Part shown: positions 46,902-62,129 of the stretch, in pieces
How positions within the stretch are numbered: position 1 is the first letter of the stretch
Layout of the letters: each line of letters starts with the position of its first letter
Assembly (NCBI GenBank): GCA_964016885.1
Contig: OZ024754.1
Coordinates: forward strand, 36,332,001-36,396,000
Direction: 5' to 3'
DNA from: Eledone cirrhosa
Lineage: Eukaryota
DNA length: 64,000 nt
The notes under the pieces: generated by a model
What the model was told of the DNA's origin: nothing
The model's input: only the letters and a program-made list of their open reading frames with translations
Database searches by the model: none
Made by a program: the position numbers and the translations under genes

Positions 46902-48024
46902 TGTATGTATATATATATATATATATATACGGGGGAATGGAGAGAGAGACGAAAAAATAGGAAGAAAAGAAGAATGTCGTGAAGCAATAGACGGAGGCGA
47001 TGGGGGAAAAAACAAAAAAAAACCAAAAACAAAAACAAAAACAGAGGTAAAACAAGGCTAAAAACCGAGGTAAAAACAAAACTTGTTCGAAGACAGCTAC
47101 AAGCCACGTGAAGTAGATTGTGGCTGCAAGGCATGCCGGGATATTCCAGCAATGGCGCGCGAGTGAATAGAATATGGTTATGCGTAAACGGATGTTGTTA
47201 ATTGTGTGTGAGATTGTGAAGGAGATGCGGGTTGTACCAGTATGTGAGCTAGAGAAAACTTAGGCTATTTCGTGTGTTCAACGGGTCACCTTCGTTTTAT
47301 ATATGGGACTAGACAGATAGGCAGATAGACTGGCAGACTGATTGACAGGTAGACAAAAAAAACCGAGAGATAGAATGATAGACAGATAGACTGATAGAGA
47401 GACGACTAGATAGTATAAATTATTGCTTTATTTGCGGTTTATCTATCTATCTATCAATCTAATTAACTATCTAACTATCGATCTAGCTACCTAACTAACT
47501 ATGTCTACGTGTGTATCTATTTGTTTATTTATCCATCCAACTATTCTGATATCTACCTGTGTACCATTCTGTTTTTCTGTCTATATAAAGCCAGTTATGA
47601 GAATATACTCTCATAACTGGTTTCAGAGAAATACTGCTGAAATACTGCCTCTACAGCTTTAGTCGCTGTCCACACGAAGCGAAATTTATTCTAAGAAAAT
47701 GGTATAGACCAGACAAACTAATTTTAGTTTTATGGAATTTACTTTCTTTGAATTAAAAAATTGGAACAAGTTCCCTACCTTTGTGGCTTTTTTTATAGTT
47801 ACGTCCTTTTACACTATCTAAACGTTTTGTTTATTTATAGCTTAATTCGAAATTACCTGTCCTTGAAGAACTTTCGCATATTTTCTAAAAACCTCTAATC
47901 AACCGGTGGAGGCAGCCATTTTCTTTTTATATAAGAGGCTGAATGAGTTAGGGTGTATAACTCAACGAAACTTAAGTACCTGTATATGTCCCTGTTGCAA
48001 CTAATTATATATATACACACACAG

Positions 48025-48052
<28 letters not shown>

Positions 48053-48055
<3 letters not shown>

Positions 48056-48244
48056 ACAAAGGAATTGTGGTAAGGAACCAGATGGACCATAACGCACCGG
48101 AGTACTCAATACTTAGGGTAGTAGAGTGGGAAATAGGAAAAAGTATGACCCCCGACGGTAGAGCTCAAGCCGTTTCGACGGCTAGTCCAGAAATAGCCGT
48201 CGAAACGGCTTGAGCTCTGCCGTCGGGGTCATACTTTTTCCTAT
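48053..48244. mobile_element. Family A palindromic element
   Basis: Axis ~48184. Confidence 0.85.
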
Positions 48245-48674
48245 ATATATCAGTTTCATTGTCAGAAGTAATACATTTATTTAACTTGAATAAACTGTTT
48301 ATAATTTCAATCTATCTCTTTCGTTCATCAAAGAGTCTCATCAAGAAATAAAATTAGTTGTTAAAAAGCTATTCAAACCAGACTTTATGTAAATATCTAA
48401 GCCCACAAAGCAGTACATAGGCGCAAACAATATGTTAAATGTGGAATCTCATAGCTGGTACTAGGTGTTGACAATACGTAGAATAAACCCTTCAAACTTG
48501 TTTAATAAGTAGAACATTTGTGAAATGTAAGATTCCAAAGTTAGTAATAGACTTTGGCCACATGTGAAATGTTGGCGTGGAAGCTCGTAAAATGCCTTGA
48601 CTTCTTAAGAAGGTAGGATGTCCTCTGAAAGAGATTCGACTTCTAATTCTAGTTGGCCGTGAGACCAACTAGCG

Positions 48675-48871
48675 CAGGCATGTCAAACTGAGGGTCCTCC
48701 GAGGGTCACATGGGTCACACATGTGTTGTCTGTGCACATTACAACTAATTTTTTAAATTATATATTACGAAGATAAAACATACTCGCGCTGTAAAAACCC
48801 TTGTGCGGGCCGCAGGTATGCTTGTAAAGAGCCGCAGGTGTTCTTGTAAAGGGGCTTGTCTGACATGTCTG
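48675..48871. mobile_element. hAT (Charlie-like) MITE
   Basis: TIR CAGGCATGTCAAAC / GTCTGACATGTCTG; imperfect 8-bp TSD AACTAGCG/AACTAGTA. Confidence 0.7.
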
Positions 48872-48992
48872 AACTAGTAGTACTCCCGCTTGTTCAAAGG
48901 TGAGTGCTTTAGCTAAAGGTGTATGTGTGTGTGTATGATCAATTCCAGTTATCACAAAAATCTTCGTCTATAACACACGCAAAAATGTAGAA

Positions 48993-49023
<31 letters not shown>

Positions 49024-49028
49024 AACAC

Positions 49029-49154
<126 letters not shown>

Positions 49155-49214
49155 CGTAAGGACCCCGGCGGCTGAGCTCCGGCCGTTTCGACAGCTAGAT
49201 CCGAACGAAGCAGG

Positions 49215-49452
49215 CAGCAGTATTAGGACGGCTGGAATCTAGCTGGACATGCTCACCGACATCCAGAGTTGACACTGCGCTCAGTGCTCCTGTGGGAGCC
49301 CCTACATTGACACACTGGAAGAGGAAGACCAAGGTTAATGTATGTCCTAAGGACAGACACTGATCTGTTGGAGTCGCAGGACAAGGCAGTGATAATGAGG
49401 GACAGAGACCTCTGGAGAGAACTCATTCATGGATCTCGGGAATTTTACCCGC
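49215..49452 (+). mobile_element. RTE-group LINE 3' end, same family as 35497-35745
   Basis: High nucleotide similarity to the reverse complement of 35497-35730; frameshifted. Confidence 0.85.
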
Positions 49453-49467
49453 TCTCTCTCTATATAT

Positions 49468-49887
49468 ATAGGAACGAGTAGGACCCCGACAGCTGCGCTC
49501 AAGCCGTTTCGACGGCTAGTCCAGAACTAGCCGTCGAAACGGCTTGAGCTCAGCCGTCGGGGTCATACTTTTTCCTATTACCCACTCTACTACCCTAAGT
49601 ATTGAATACTTTGGTGCGTTATGGTCCATCTGGTTCCTCACCACATTTCCTTCGTTATATATATATATATATATATATAACCGAGGAGATGTGGTAAGAA
49701 ACCAGGTGGACCATAACGCACCAAAGTATTCAATACTTAGGGTAGTAGAGTGGGTAATAGGAAAAAGTATGACCCCGACGGCTGAGCTCAAGCCGATTCG
49801 ATGGCTATTTCTGGACTAAAGTCTTTAGTCCAGAAATAGCCGTCTAAACGGCTTGAGCTCTGCCGTCAGGGTCCTACTTTCTCCTAT
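49468..49887. mobile_element. Two family A palindromes back-to-back across (TA)n
   Basis: 49468-49658 and 49678-49887 form a palindrome of palindromes. Confidence 0.85.
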
Positions 49888-50611
49888 ATATATATATATA
49901 TACTTCCATATCTATCTTTTCTGCATGTATACGCGCGTGTGTGTATATATGTGCAGGAATTGCGCATGTATGGTGTGGTGTGGTGTGGCATGTGTGTGTG
50001 TGTCGGTGTGTATATGTGTGTGTATAGTGCATCTATGGTGTGGCGTGGTGAGATATGGTGTGGTGTATATATGTGAGTGTGTTTTGTATCTATGGTGTGT
50101 GTGTATGTGTGTGTGTATGTGTGTATGTGTGTATGTGTGTATGTGTGTGTGTATGTGTGTGTGTTGGTTGGCAGACTTTGTTACAGTTAGAAAAATGATG
50201 AATGACAGTTGATTTAGCAGAGGGGGGAGGGGGGGGGGGGCAATAGTGGGAGGAGATTTAATTACTAATTAACATAATTACTGTTCATTTCATTAGACAT
50301 GGCTAAGGTATTTTCTTTTAAAGCTTTAAGGATATGGTAGGAAGGAGGCGGGGTGGGAGAGATGAGGAAGAGAAGGAGAGGAAGGAGGAGGGCGAGGAGG
50401 AGAAGGAAGTGGAGGAGGAGAAGGGAGAGGATGAGAAGGGAGAGGTGGGAGGAGGAGGTGTGTAGCTGTTGTGGTTGATGTTGTTAGTTTTCGATTTCAA
50501 TAATATCGTTTTGGCGATGGTGATGATTGTGGTTGCGGTGGTGTTGGTGATGGCGTAGTGGAGGTTGTGCTGGTGATAGTTGTGATGGGAGCTGATATGT
50601 ATGTATGTAAG

Positions 50612-50815
50612 TGGAGGCGTGTGGCTGAGTGGTTAGAGAACTGGATACGCAATCGTGAGGTTGTGAGTTCGATTCCTGGACCGACCGGGCGATGCGTTAT
50701 GTCCTTGAGCAAGACACTTTATTTCACGTTGCTCCTTCTACTTGGAGTTACGACCGATAGAGAGTACTAGTAATTGGAAAGACCAACGGAAACATTGTTT
50801 CCTCGGTCCGATTTG
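50612..50815 (+). mobile_element. S2 SINE (related copy at 41065-41280)
   Basis: GTGGCTGAGTGGTTAGAG A-box, GAGTTCGATTCC B-box, GTCCTTGAGCAAGACACTT core. Confidence 0.8.
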
Positions 50816-50861
50816 ACGAAAGTCATATATATATATATATGATATTAATAAATGGAAACTA

Positions 50862-50968
50862 TATTTATAAAACCATATTTATTTCATTATACATATTTCA
50901 AGGATACCAAGTTAAATTATGGTATGCCTTCATCAGACAAAATACAATATATACCAGTTTTATAAATA
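50862..50968 (-). ncRNA. Type I hammerhead, family B (element 50841-51122)
   Basis: Reverse strand ttttgt-CTGATGA-aggcatacca..tggtatcctt-GAAA-tatgta-TA-atgaaa. Confidence 0.7.
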
Positions 50969-51299
50969 AACATTGACGTACCCTTTCAAAATGCGACCGT
51001 TACTTTTGGAAGACATCAGGATAGTATATCGTATATCTACTCCAAATACTTGTCGAGTGCTTTATATCAGTTATAAAAATATTTACTTGTTGTATCACAA
51101 CAATTTAAATAGAACTTTTGCATATATATATGTATATATATGAAAAAATGGAGAATAACATGGTCAAGAGTACAAAAAAGGGGATTTATTTATGGTCAAA
51201 CAATTGTTTCACTGATAGAGCTGTCTAAAAATTGGTGAACACTAAAAGCAGTGCCACTCAATTTTAAATACGATGTTAACTCTGCTAGATCACATGATA

Positions 51300-51353
51300 T
51301 ATATATATATATATAAGTTAGTTCCTGGCAGTTAGTTCCTCTACTAGACCATA

Positions 51354-51406
<53 letters not shown>

Positions 51407-51442
51407 TTAGTTCCTGGCAGTTAGTTCCTCTACTAGACCATA

Positions 51443-51495
<53 letters not shown>

Positions 51496-51594
51496 TTAGT
51501 TCCTGGCAGTTAGTTCCTCTACTATACCATATGATATATATATATATATATATATAAGTTAGTTCCTGGCAGTTAGTTCCTCTACTAGACCATA

Positions 51595-51647
<53 letters not shown>

Positions 51648-51746
51648 TTAGTTCCTGGCAGTTAGTTCCTCTACTATACCATATGATATATATATATATA
51701 TATATATAAGTTAGTTCCTGGCAGTTAGTTCCTCTACTAGACCATA

Positions 51747-51825
<79 letters not shown>

Positions 51826-51861
51826 TTAGTTCCAGGCAGTTAGTTCCTCTACTAGATCATA

Positions 51862-51914
<53 letters not shown>

Positions 51915-51950
51915 TTAGTTCCTGGCAGTTAGTTCCCTTACTAGATCATA

Positions 51951-52029
<79 letters not shown>

Positions 52030-52203
52030 TTAGTTCCTCTACTATATCATATGATATATATATATATATATATAAGTTAGTTCGTGGCAGGTAGTTCCTC
52101 TACTAGACCATATGATATATATATATATATAAGTTAGTTCCTCGGAGTTAGTTCCTCTACTATATTATATGATATATATATATAAGTTAGTTCCTGGCAG
52201 TTA
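51300..52203 (+). repeat. Array of ~12 constant ~40-bp units separated by variable-length (TA)n
   Basis: Unit AAGTTAGTTCCTGGCAGTTAGTTCCTCTACTAGACCATATG. Confidence 0.9.
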
Positions 52204-52844
52204 ATAAACCATTTTTGAGGTTGTGCATTTTATTTTGCGGATTTTCAACTCGAAAGAATGGGTTATATCCGAAAACGGAAATCTATATGAAAAATGTATA
52301 TATGTATCTTTAAGTCGTTTGGAAGCCTCGACAATGCAAATGGGTAAATCTCCGGATAACAAGATCCGGTGGTGGAGAGAGAGATGTAAGTGGGTGTATG
52401 TTGAGATGCGTGGCGTGTATAAGACGTGTAGAGGAATGGAGGAAAGAGTATAAAGGATAAAATTAAAATAACAACACGAGAGAGAGTTACCTTGGGAGAG
52501 ATTTAATTGTCCCTATATATTTCGGATTCACATCCATCAACTGGGGTTTTTTTCCGGGGTGGGGGAAAGGTTGTCTCTCGGAAAGGTGCGAAACGCGTCC
52601 TCCGCTGTTTGTTGTTTTGTATATGTATACATTATACCACTACTAGAACGACCCCAAGGTTTCCAACGAACTGTGTGCATACCACAAAGTCCTAGGGATA
52701 CATAACGTATCCGATTCTGTTCATAACGTTACCCCATATACCCTATGTTACCTAGCACCCACCATAACCACCCTGCTCAATCCTTCTTCACAAAGTCACC
52801 TTAATCTACATTATATCACCTGATTCCCAACTATGACCCCCCTG

Positions 52845-53448
52845 CCCAATCATCGCCATCGTCACCGTCTTTGCCAATGTCACCATCATCACCGTCATCA
52901 CCACCACCACTATCACCATCGTCACCCTCATCATCATCACCATTATCACCATCATCACCATCATCACCACTACCACCACCACCACCACCATCGTAACCGT
53001 TACCATCATCACCGTCACCATCATCACCATAATTACCAATATCACAATCACGACCCTCATCATCACCACCACCACCACCATCACCATCACCACCACCACC
53101 ACCACCACCACCATCATCATCCTCATCACCACCATCATCACCATCATCACCACCACCACTATCATCATCATCACCATCATCACCATCAACATCGACGTGG
53201 TAGTCATAAGCATAGAGTTACGTCCCTTTACGATCTGAGTTCAAATCCCGCCGAGGTTGACTTTGCCTTTCATCCTTACGGGGTCGATAAAATAAAGTAC
53301 CAGTAATGCACTGGAGTAATTGCTGGCCTTGTGCCTAAAGTAGAAACAATTATTATAATTGCCATCGTCATCGTCATCACCATCGTCTGGGGTGATAGTG
53401 ATGACAGCGAAGATGGTGACAATGATGATGATGATGATTATCATAACC

Positions 53449-53480
<32 letters not shown>

Positions 53481-53678
53481 GGTCATTATGGTCATCACCA
53501 TTAGACCCATCATCATCACCATCACAATCACCACCAGAATACTCATCATCATCATCATCATCATAACCATCATAATCACCACCACCATCATCACCATCAT
53601 CATCATCATCATCATCACCATCACAATCACCACCACAATAATCACCATCACCACCACCATCATCACCATCATCACCAC

Positions 53679-53726
<48 letters not shown>

Positions 53727-53789
53727 AATCACCACCATCACCACCATCATCATCATCATCATAACCATCACCATCATAATCACCACCAC

Positions 53790-53842
<53 letters not shown>

Positions 53843-53878
53843 CCAACAGCATCACCATCACAATCACCACCACAATAC

Positions 53879-53932
<54 letters not shown>

Positions 53933-54871
53933 CCATCATCACCATCATCATCATCATTACTGTCCTCTTATCCTCATAGGGGATAAAATGTAATTTCCAT
54001 ATCCCAGAACACCTTGACCTGCGACCCTTCTTTATAAATTCATCGTTTGAAAATACCTTTTGATGGACGCCATTTCGAATTAAAGAAAAATATCTGTGAT
54101 GTTATTTTTCTTTGTGTTTTTCCTAACCAGAACCACTCCCTATGCCCTAGCCCACACCCCAGCAAACAACTGGTCCCAACAACCTCAACATACACCCTTT
54201 CCCCTTTCATCCCTAGAAAAATATACGCAAAATATAAAAAAAGTACTTCCCGCTATCGCCGGCAGCCATTTTCAGGCGTATGAAAGACACAATAGGATAT
54301 GTTAGGAAGGGAAAATATTTGAGTGAAAAAGACTGGCTGGTTGGCTGGTTGGCTGATTGGTTGGTTGGTTGGTGGGTGTAGGGGAGATGGTAAGGTGGTG
54401 GTGGTGGCGTATTGGAGAGGAAGAGGAGGTGGAAAATAAACTAATATAGTAAGAAGAAGAAGAAGAAGAAGACTGAAACAACAACAACACAAGTTGACAA
54501 ATGAATCCCTACCTTTTATAGTTAGACGGGGGCAGTGGTGTAGTTATCAGTGCTTCCTCTGTCTAACTTCTCAGCACCATCATCATCATCACCACAAGCA
54601 GCACCACCACAATCATCACCATCATCATCATCATCATCACCATCACCATCATCATCACCATCAGCACCAACACATTCACTACAACCACATTTACCAGCAC
54701 CAACTCCACCACCACCACCAAGACAATGACCAGCAGCTCCACATAAACACCACCATCACAACCACTACCACCACCACCACTACCACCACCACCATCAGCA
54801 CTACCACCACCACCACTACCACCACCACCATCAGCACTACCACCACCACCACCAGCACTACCACCGCCACC

Positions 54872-54950
<79 letters not shown>

Positions 54951-55441
54951 CCACCACCACCACCACCAGCACCACCACCACCACCACCATCACCACCACC
55001 AACAACAGTACCACCACCACCACCACTATCACCACCACCAACAACAGTACCACCACCACCACCACCACCACCACCACCACCACCACTACCACCACCACCA
55101 CAACCACCATCACCACCACCACCATCACCACCACCACCATCACCACCACTACCACCACCATCACCACCACCACCACCACCTCCACCACCTCCACCACCAC
55201 CACCTCCACCTCCACCACCACCACCACCACCATCACCACCACCACCATCACCATCACCACCACCACCACCACCACAACCACCATCACCACCACCACCATC
55301 ACCACCACCACCATCACCACCACCACCACCACAATCACCACCACCACCACCACCTCCACCACCTCCACCACCACCACCTCCACCACCACCACCATCACCA
55401 CCACCACCACCACCACCACCACCACCACCACCACCACTACC
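52845..55441. repeat. (CAT)n/(CAC)n/(CAA)n fields with an S1 SINE piece at 53205-53357
   Basis: Direct inspection. Confidence 0.85.
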
Positions 55442-55676
55442 AAACCTGTCTGAGAGCGAACGATATTTGGAGAGTTTACCCTCCTTGGTCCGAAGTGCAG
55501 CAGAGCCTGGATTAGTCGCAGACTGCACCAGGTTGCCGCTGGAGAAAGTGTCGCTGCATGTGACATCCCAGATGAGGAGGTTTACCACCGTGGAACGGGA
55601 GTATGGTTAATACCGTTAGGCCTTTTGCCGTCCTCTCGATTCAACCCCGCCGGCTCTAGTTGGGGGCAGGGAAACT
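55442..55676 (-). mobile_element. CRE-clade LINE fragment 2: restriction-like endonuclease core
   Basis: LEPAGLNREDGKRPNGI..PFHGGK / LIWDVTCSDTF...PGSAALRTKEGKLSKYRSLSDRF, with frameshifts. Confidence 0.8.
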
Positions 55677-56227
55677 TTGTAAACGCCCCATGGAGCAACT
55701 AAATAATTCTAAATCTGTCCAAGCGCATAAACCAGTAATCAGTAGCAACGGGATTTCGTTTTCACAGATCAATTCTTTTATTCTTATATTCTTTTACTGG
55801 TTTCAGCTATTAGATTGCGGCCATGCTGGGGCACGTACATGAAGAGTCTTAGCCTATCTTATTGTTTCAAGTGCTTCTTTTATTTATTTATTATTATTCC
55901 CGCTGAGGTTAACTTTGCCTTTCATCCTTACGGGGTCGATAAAATAAAGTACCAGTAATGTACTGGGTAATTGCTGGCCTTGTGCCAAAAGTAGAAACAA
56001 TTATTATTATTATTATTTTTAAATTTTGAACTTATTTTATCTGGTCTCTCTTTTCCTTGAACACCGCTAAACTACGAGAAATAAACATAGATACATGTAC
56101 AAACATAATTATATACACAAACACATATACACTTACATACCCATACACACACATACACTTACACACACATGCACATACACACACACAAACATATATGTAT
56201 GTATGTATGTATGGATGGATGGGTGGA

Positions 56228-56739
56228 TTCTAGGATACCAAAAACAACTCTTTTATGGAGAGCTATTTAAAGGAAAATGACCTACCCATAAACCAAAAAA
56301 GAGGTATAAGGATTCGTTGAAAGCCGCCATGAAAGACGCTAACATCTCTGCTGATACATGGCAAAGCGTAGCTGCTGATCGTAATAAATGGAGAAAGACT
56401 GTACATGAGGGGAAAGTTGCTTTTGAAGCATCTCGAATCGCATACGAGAAAGTAAAAAGAGATGTCAGGAAAAGCATTTCTATTACATTTCCAGACAGCA
56501 AAGGTCCTCCTATGTCGCTGATGTGCAGCGTCTGTGCGAGACTCTGCCTCAGCAAAGCTGGACTCAAAAGTCATCTTCGCAGTCATAAAATGAGACCATT
56601 GGCTGACTACCAAGCTGCTGTTGGAGATGTTACTCGTCGTACCTGTCAAGCATGTGGAAAAGAGTGTAGATCAGCAGGAGGGCTCAAACGACATGCAAAA
56701 GTACATGAAGACCAACCACAGCTTAACTCACTCGATTAA
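56228..56739 (+). mobile_element. RTE (BovB-like) LINE ORF C-terminus with two C2H2 zinc fingers, 5'-truncated
   Basis: PKQLFYGEL..GK*..KPKKRYKDSLK..WQSVAADRNKWR followed by CSVC..HLRSH and CQAC..HAKVH. Confidence 0.85.
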
Positions 56740-57105
56740 CTCACTCGAGATGCAAATTAGGCTGCTCAGTCGTTAATATGCATAAGGAAAGAATATAAAT
56801 GAAAGGTATAGAAAAGGAAAGTATATACTTTCAGACGTTCAATCATCTGGCAGGAAGGTATACTGTGCTGACGATAGCTAATAAGCTTGAAACTAGTACA
56901 TCGTTCCTTTGTCTGTGTTGAACAAAAGGGCAACGATGGTTGCTAAACACTGTACGGCTTAATTCGGGATGTTTGCTTACAAACACACCGAGCATTATAA
57001 TAAATGTTCGGTGAATCCATACGTACATATATATATGTGCGCATGTATGTATATATATAGATATTACTGTACGTCTGTATACATATATGTATGTACGTAT
57101 AAATA

Positions 57106-57204
<99 letters not shown>

Positions 57205-57327
57205 TTATATGTCCTCCTAATTAGATTTCATTTTGACTATTTTCGGTCACCCCACCCTATTGTCCCTGAACATCTGTTTTTTCTGCACTCTTAGCCTTCC
57301 TTTGATCATGTGTCTACTCGATCATCA

Positions 57328-57398
<71 letters not shown>

Positions 57399-57644
57399 AA
57401 TCTCTTCTTTGTCCGCCATTTCGCTTTGTCGTACTCTCCATCATTCATATACTCTTTGTCTCTCTCCATCTCTCTCTCACTCTCTTCCTCTCTCTCTTCC
57501 TCTCTCTCCCTCTCGCTCTCTCTCTCTCTCCGGTTTTCTTTCTCTCTCCGTCTCTCTCACTGTCTCTCTCTCTCTCTCTCTCCCTCTCCCGGTCTCTCTC
57601 ACTGCTATTCTGATCTTCCGATAGCTTCGTATACATATAAATAT

Positions 57645-57709
<65 letters not shown>

Positions 57710-58068
57710 TTATATATATGAACCTAATAAACCACTATTTATACTGCCTCTCTGTTTTTGTTCTTGTCCAAGATTTAACTATATATATATATATATATAT
57801 AGTTAAAAGAATAGAGGTGTAACACACAAGTTATTATATATTGGTAAACGGAATAGAGAATACTGACAAATTGTTCACAGTTGAAAAATGGTTTAATTAG
57901 GAATAAAAGAGTATTAGTGATTGTATGGGTTAGTATTCAGTTGTGGTTTTAAGTTTTTAAGTTTTTACCGGTTGCGCATTTCTAAATGCTTTTCAAAAAT
58001 AATTTTGAGATAGAGTGTCCGTGCTGTTTGCTCTGATCTCTCTCTCTCTATATATATATATAGTTTTA

Positions 58069-58102
<34 letters not shown>

Positions 58103-58114
58103 TTAATATAGATG

Positions 58115-58165
58115 AGATTCTACAGGACTAGAACTGTTTCATTCTTTAGAAATCATCAGGAATCT
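58115..58165 (-). ncRNA. Type I hammerhead, family I
   Basis: agattc-CTGATGA-t TTC taaa GAA t-GAAA-CAG ttctagtc CTG-TA-gaatct; perfect 6-bp stem I that covaries with the copy at 25329. Confidence 0.75.
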
Positions 58166-58340
58166 GGGTATCAAACAATAAATATGGTATTTATAGGTCT
58201 CTTCATGTGGTAGGAGAGGGTTGGGACTGGGGTGGGTGTAGGTCATTGGTTGATAGAAAAGGGAATTCATTAAAAGCTAATTCTTCAAAGCTATAGTTTA
58301 TATTTAGAGTAACAAAGGCAGAAACAAATATATAAACAAG

Positions 58341-58423
<83 letters not shown>

Positions 58424-59145
58424 CCACATCTCACTGCCGCCACTTTTTTATACTCTACACCTCTTAAACGCCCTCCTTCCTCCTTCTCCCCCTCCTCCTC
58501 CTCCTACTCCTGCTACTCCTACTCCTGCCCCTCCTACTCCCCCTCCATGCTTGCCTGAACAGCAACAGATGGTCTTCAACATTTACACTGTCCGCCGTCA
58601 AAAAATGGCGTCGGGGGCCGGTGAGACTTCTCTATAAGAGTCACATTAAATAGAGAACCACCACCACCACCACCACCACCACCACCATCCCTATCACCCA
58701 CACCACAACTACCACCACTACCACCACTACCATCCCCCACCACCACTGCCAGCATCACTACCATACCCCACCACCACTGCCGCCACCATCATCCCTAACA
58801 CCGCCGCCGCCACCGCCACCACCACCGCCACCACCACCACCATCCCTATCACCCACACCACAACTACCACAACTACCACCACTACCATACCCCACCACCA
58901 CCGCCGCCACCACCGCCGCCACCGCCACCACCACCGCCACCACCACCACCACCACCACCACCGCCAAACAACAAACAGCAATAGAAAATGTGATGATTCA
59001 GACCCTAACCCTTATCTCACCACCGAGTTACCTAGACAACTCCACACCTCACGTAAATAGACAACCACCATCCAGCGTGTGTAATAGACAAAGACAGATA
59101 GACAGACAAACACACACACACATACACACACACACACACACACAC

Positions 59146-59191
<46 letters not shown>

Positions 59192-59194
<3 letters not shown>

Positions 59195-59576
59195 TAGAAG
59201 GGGTATTTAATTTGTTGGAAGTCCCACAAATATAAATGTTTATAACTGATTTAGAGCACTCAACAGTTTACTGGAGTAAATATTCAATGATATTAAATAA
59301 ATGGAAACTATATTTATAAAACCATATTTATTTTATTATATATATTTCAAGGGTACCAAGACAACATTGGTACGCTTTCATCAGATAAAATACAAAGTTT
59401 GTTTTATAAATATACCCATGAAAACCATACCTTATCGGGTATATCTCTATTTATAAAACAAACTTTGTATTTTATCTGATGAAAGCGTACCAATGTATCT
59501 TGGTACCCTTGAAATATATATAATAAAATAAATGTGGTTTTATAAATATAGTTTCCATTTATTTAATATCATTGTA
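59192..59576. mobile_element. Family B palindrome with two hammerheads (- ~59312-59412; + ~59448-59549)
   Basis: ttttat-CTGATGA-aagcgtaccaa..ttggtaccctt-GAAA-tatata-TA-ataaaa. Confidence 0.85.
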
Positions 59577-59594
59577 TATATATATATATATACA

Positions 59595-60250
59595 ACTGTT
59601 TCTACTTTTGGCACAAGGCCAGCAATTCACCAGTGCATTACTGGTACTTTATTATATCAACCCCCTAAGGATGAAAGGCTTTGAACTCAGATCGTAAAGG
59701 GACGTAACTATGCTGGAAAGCATGGCGTCCGACCCTCTACCGATACTGCCAATCCAACCGAAGGAATTGTGGTAAGGAACCAGATGCACCATAACGCACC
59801 AGAGTACTCAATACTTAGAGTAGTAGAGTGGGTAATAGGAAAATGTTTAACCCCGACGGCAGAGCTCAAGCTATTTCTGGAATTTTCCTTTATATATATA
59901 TATCTTAAAGTTGAGACAGTAAACAGAAAACAAAAAAACGTGAAAAAGTTAAGACTCTTTCCCTACTATATCAAGCGTAAAACTAATAATATATTTCTTC
60001 CTTTGGTTTGTTATTTCTGTTTGCATAATTTATATATATATATATATATATATAACAAAGGAATTGTGGTAAGGAACCAGATGGACCATAACGCACCAGA
60101 GTACTCAATACTTAGGGTAGTAGAGTGGGAAATAGGAAAAAGTATGACCCCGACGGCAGAGCTCAAGCCGTTTCGACGGCTATTTCTGGACTAAAATAGT
60201 CCAGAAATAGCTGTCGAAACGGCTTGAGCTCTGCCGTCGGGGTCATACTG
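59595..60250. mobile_element. Minus-strand S1 SINE (59595-59755), family A half (59757-59880) and family A palindrome (60052-60250)
   Basis: Matches to the other copies in the window. Confidence 0.8.
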
Positions 60251-60257
60251 GTAATGG

Positions 60258-60316
<59 letters not shown>

Positions 60317-60425
60317 TAACAGATCAAAGTTTAAGCAAAGAATCGCTGCTTTCACGGTTCTTATATATCTGATATATATTTATCCTTATCGAGCCCTCTT
60401 TTAGTCTTCAAACTTATTATTATTA

Positions 60426-60481
<56 letters not shown>

Positions 60482-60588
60482 ATATATATATATATTATTA
60501 TATATATATATATATATAAAGTACCAGTAATGTACTGGGTAATTGCTGGCCTTGTGCCTAAAGTAGAAACAATTATATATATATATAG

Positions 60589-60735
60589 ATTATTTCTGAA
60601 GACGGCATATATATGTGTTGGTATGTATATTAAATTTGATAGTTTGTATAATTTTGTATAATTTTGTACATAGATCTGTTAGATATGCATGCCAATTCTA
60701 ACACATATATGTCCTAGAAACGATCGTTAAATAAT
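60589..60735 (+). ncRNA. Type I hammerhead with very long stem II
   Basis: ATTATTT-CTGAAGA-c ggcatata..tgtgttg..(~115 nt)..taacacatatatgtc cta-GAAA-CGATCG-TT-AAATAAT; palindromic stem III ACGATCGT. Confidence 0.7.
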
Positions 60736-60932
60736 GAACTTTTTTTGTTTAATATAAGGAACTGTTTCATTGTTTTATTCATTATTTTTTTAATATTTTA
60801 TCTTGACTCTGTATTCCGTTTATCTTTCACCGAAAGTGATTTTTGAATGCATCTCTTCTTTCCATGATATCCGGATTACATTGAGTTCTTCATACGGATT
60901 GGACACTACCGTAAACTCTTGGTAGATTTATC

Positions 60933-61652
<720 letters not shown>

Positions 61653-61752
61653 TACACGGCTCAGAAATACTTCTTTCTTAGAGCTATTTCATTGTAAAGG
61701 ACTGCCTGAGTTTTGAACTCATTACACTTAGTATATATATATATATATACAC

Positions 61753-61806
<54 letters not shown>

Positions 61807-62011
61807 TGTGTGTGTATATATATATATACACGTGTGTGTGTGTGTGTGTGTATGTGATCCTGTATAAATACGTAGTTGGTGTGTGGTAGTTGTAAACCTC
61901 ATCTTCTCTGTAGACTCTCTTGTATTTAGTGACTGACTCAATCACTGTTGTAATACTATAGTTGATCATTGTGACGTCATTGGAGACTTTTACTTCTTTG
62001 TTGTATATTTA

Positions 62012-62073
<62 letters not shown>

Positions 62074-62094
62074 TCTCTCTCTCTCTCTCTCACA

Positions 62095-62129
<35 letters not shown>

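Noticed and set aside
50612-50690. tRNA gene
   Set aside because: The A/B boxes belong to a SINE head that continues into the SINE core; no full cloverleaf.
51300-52203. CRISPR-like repeat-spacer appearance (also 23190-23792)
   Set aside because: Spacers are pure (TA)n or (GT)n, there are no cas genes, and the context is eukaryotic.
56317-56739. Host C2H2 zinc-finger gene
   Set aside because: In frame with RTE C-terminal motifs, with an upstream stop and 5' truncation.
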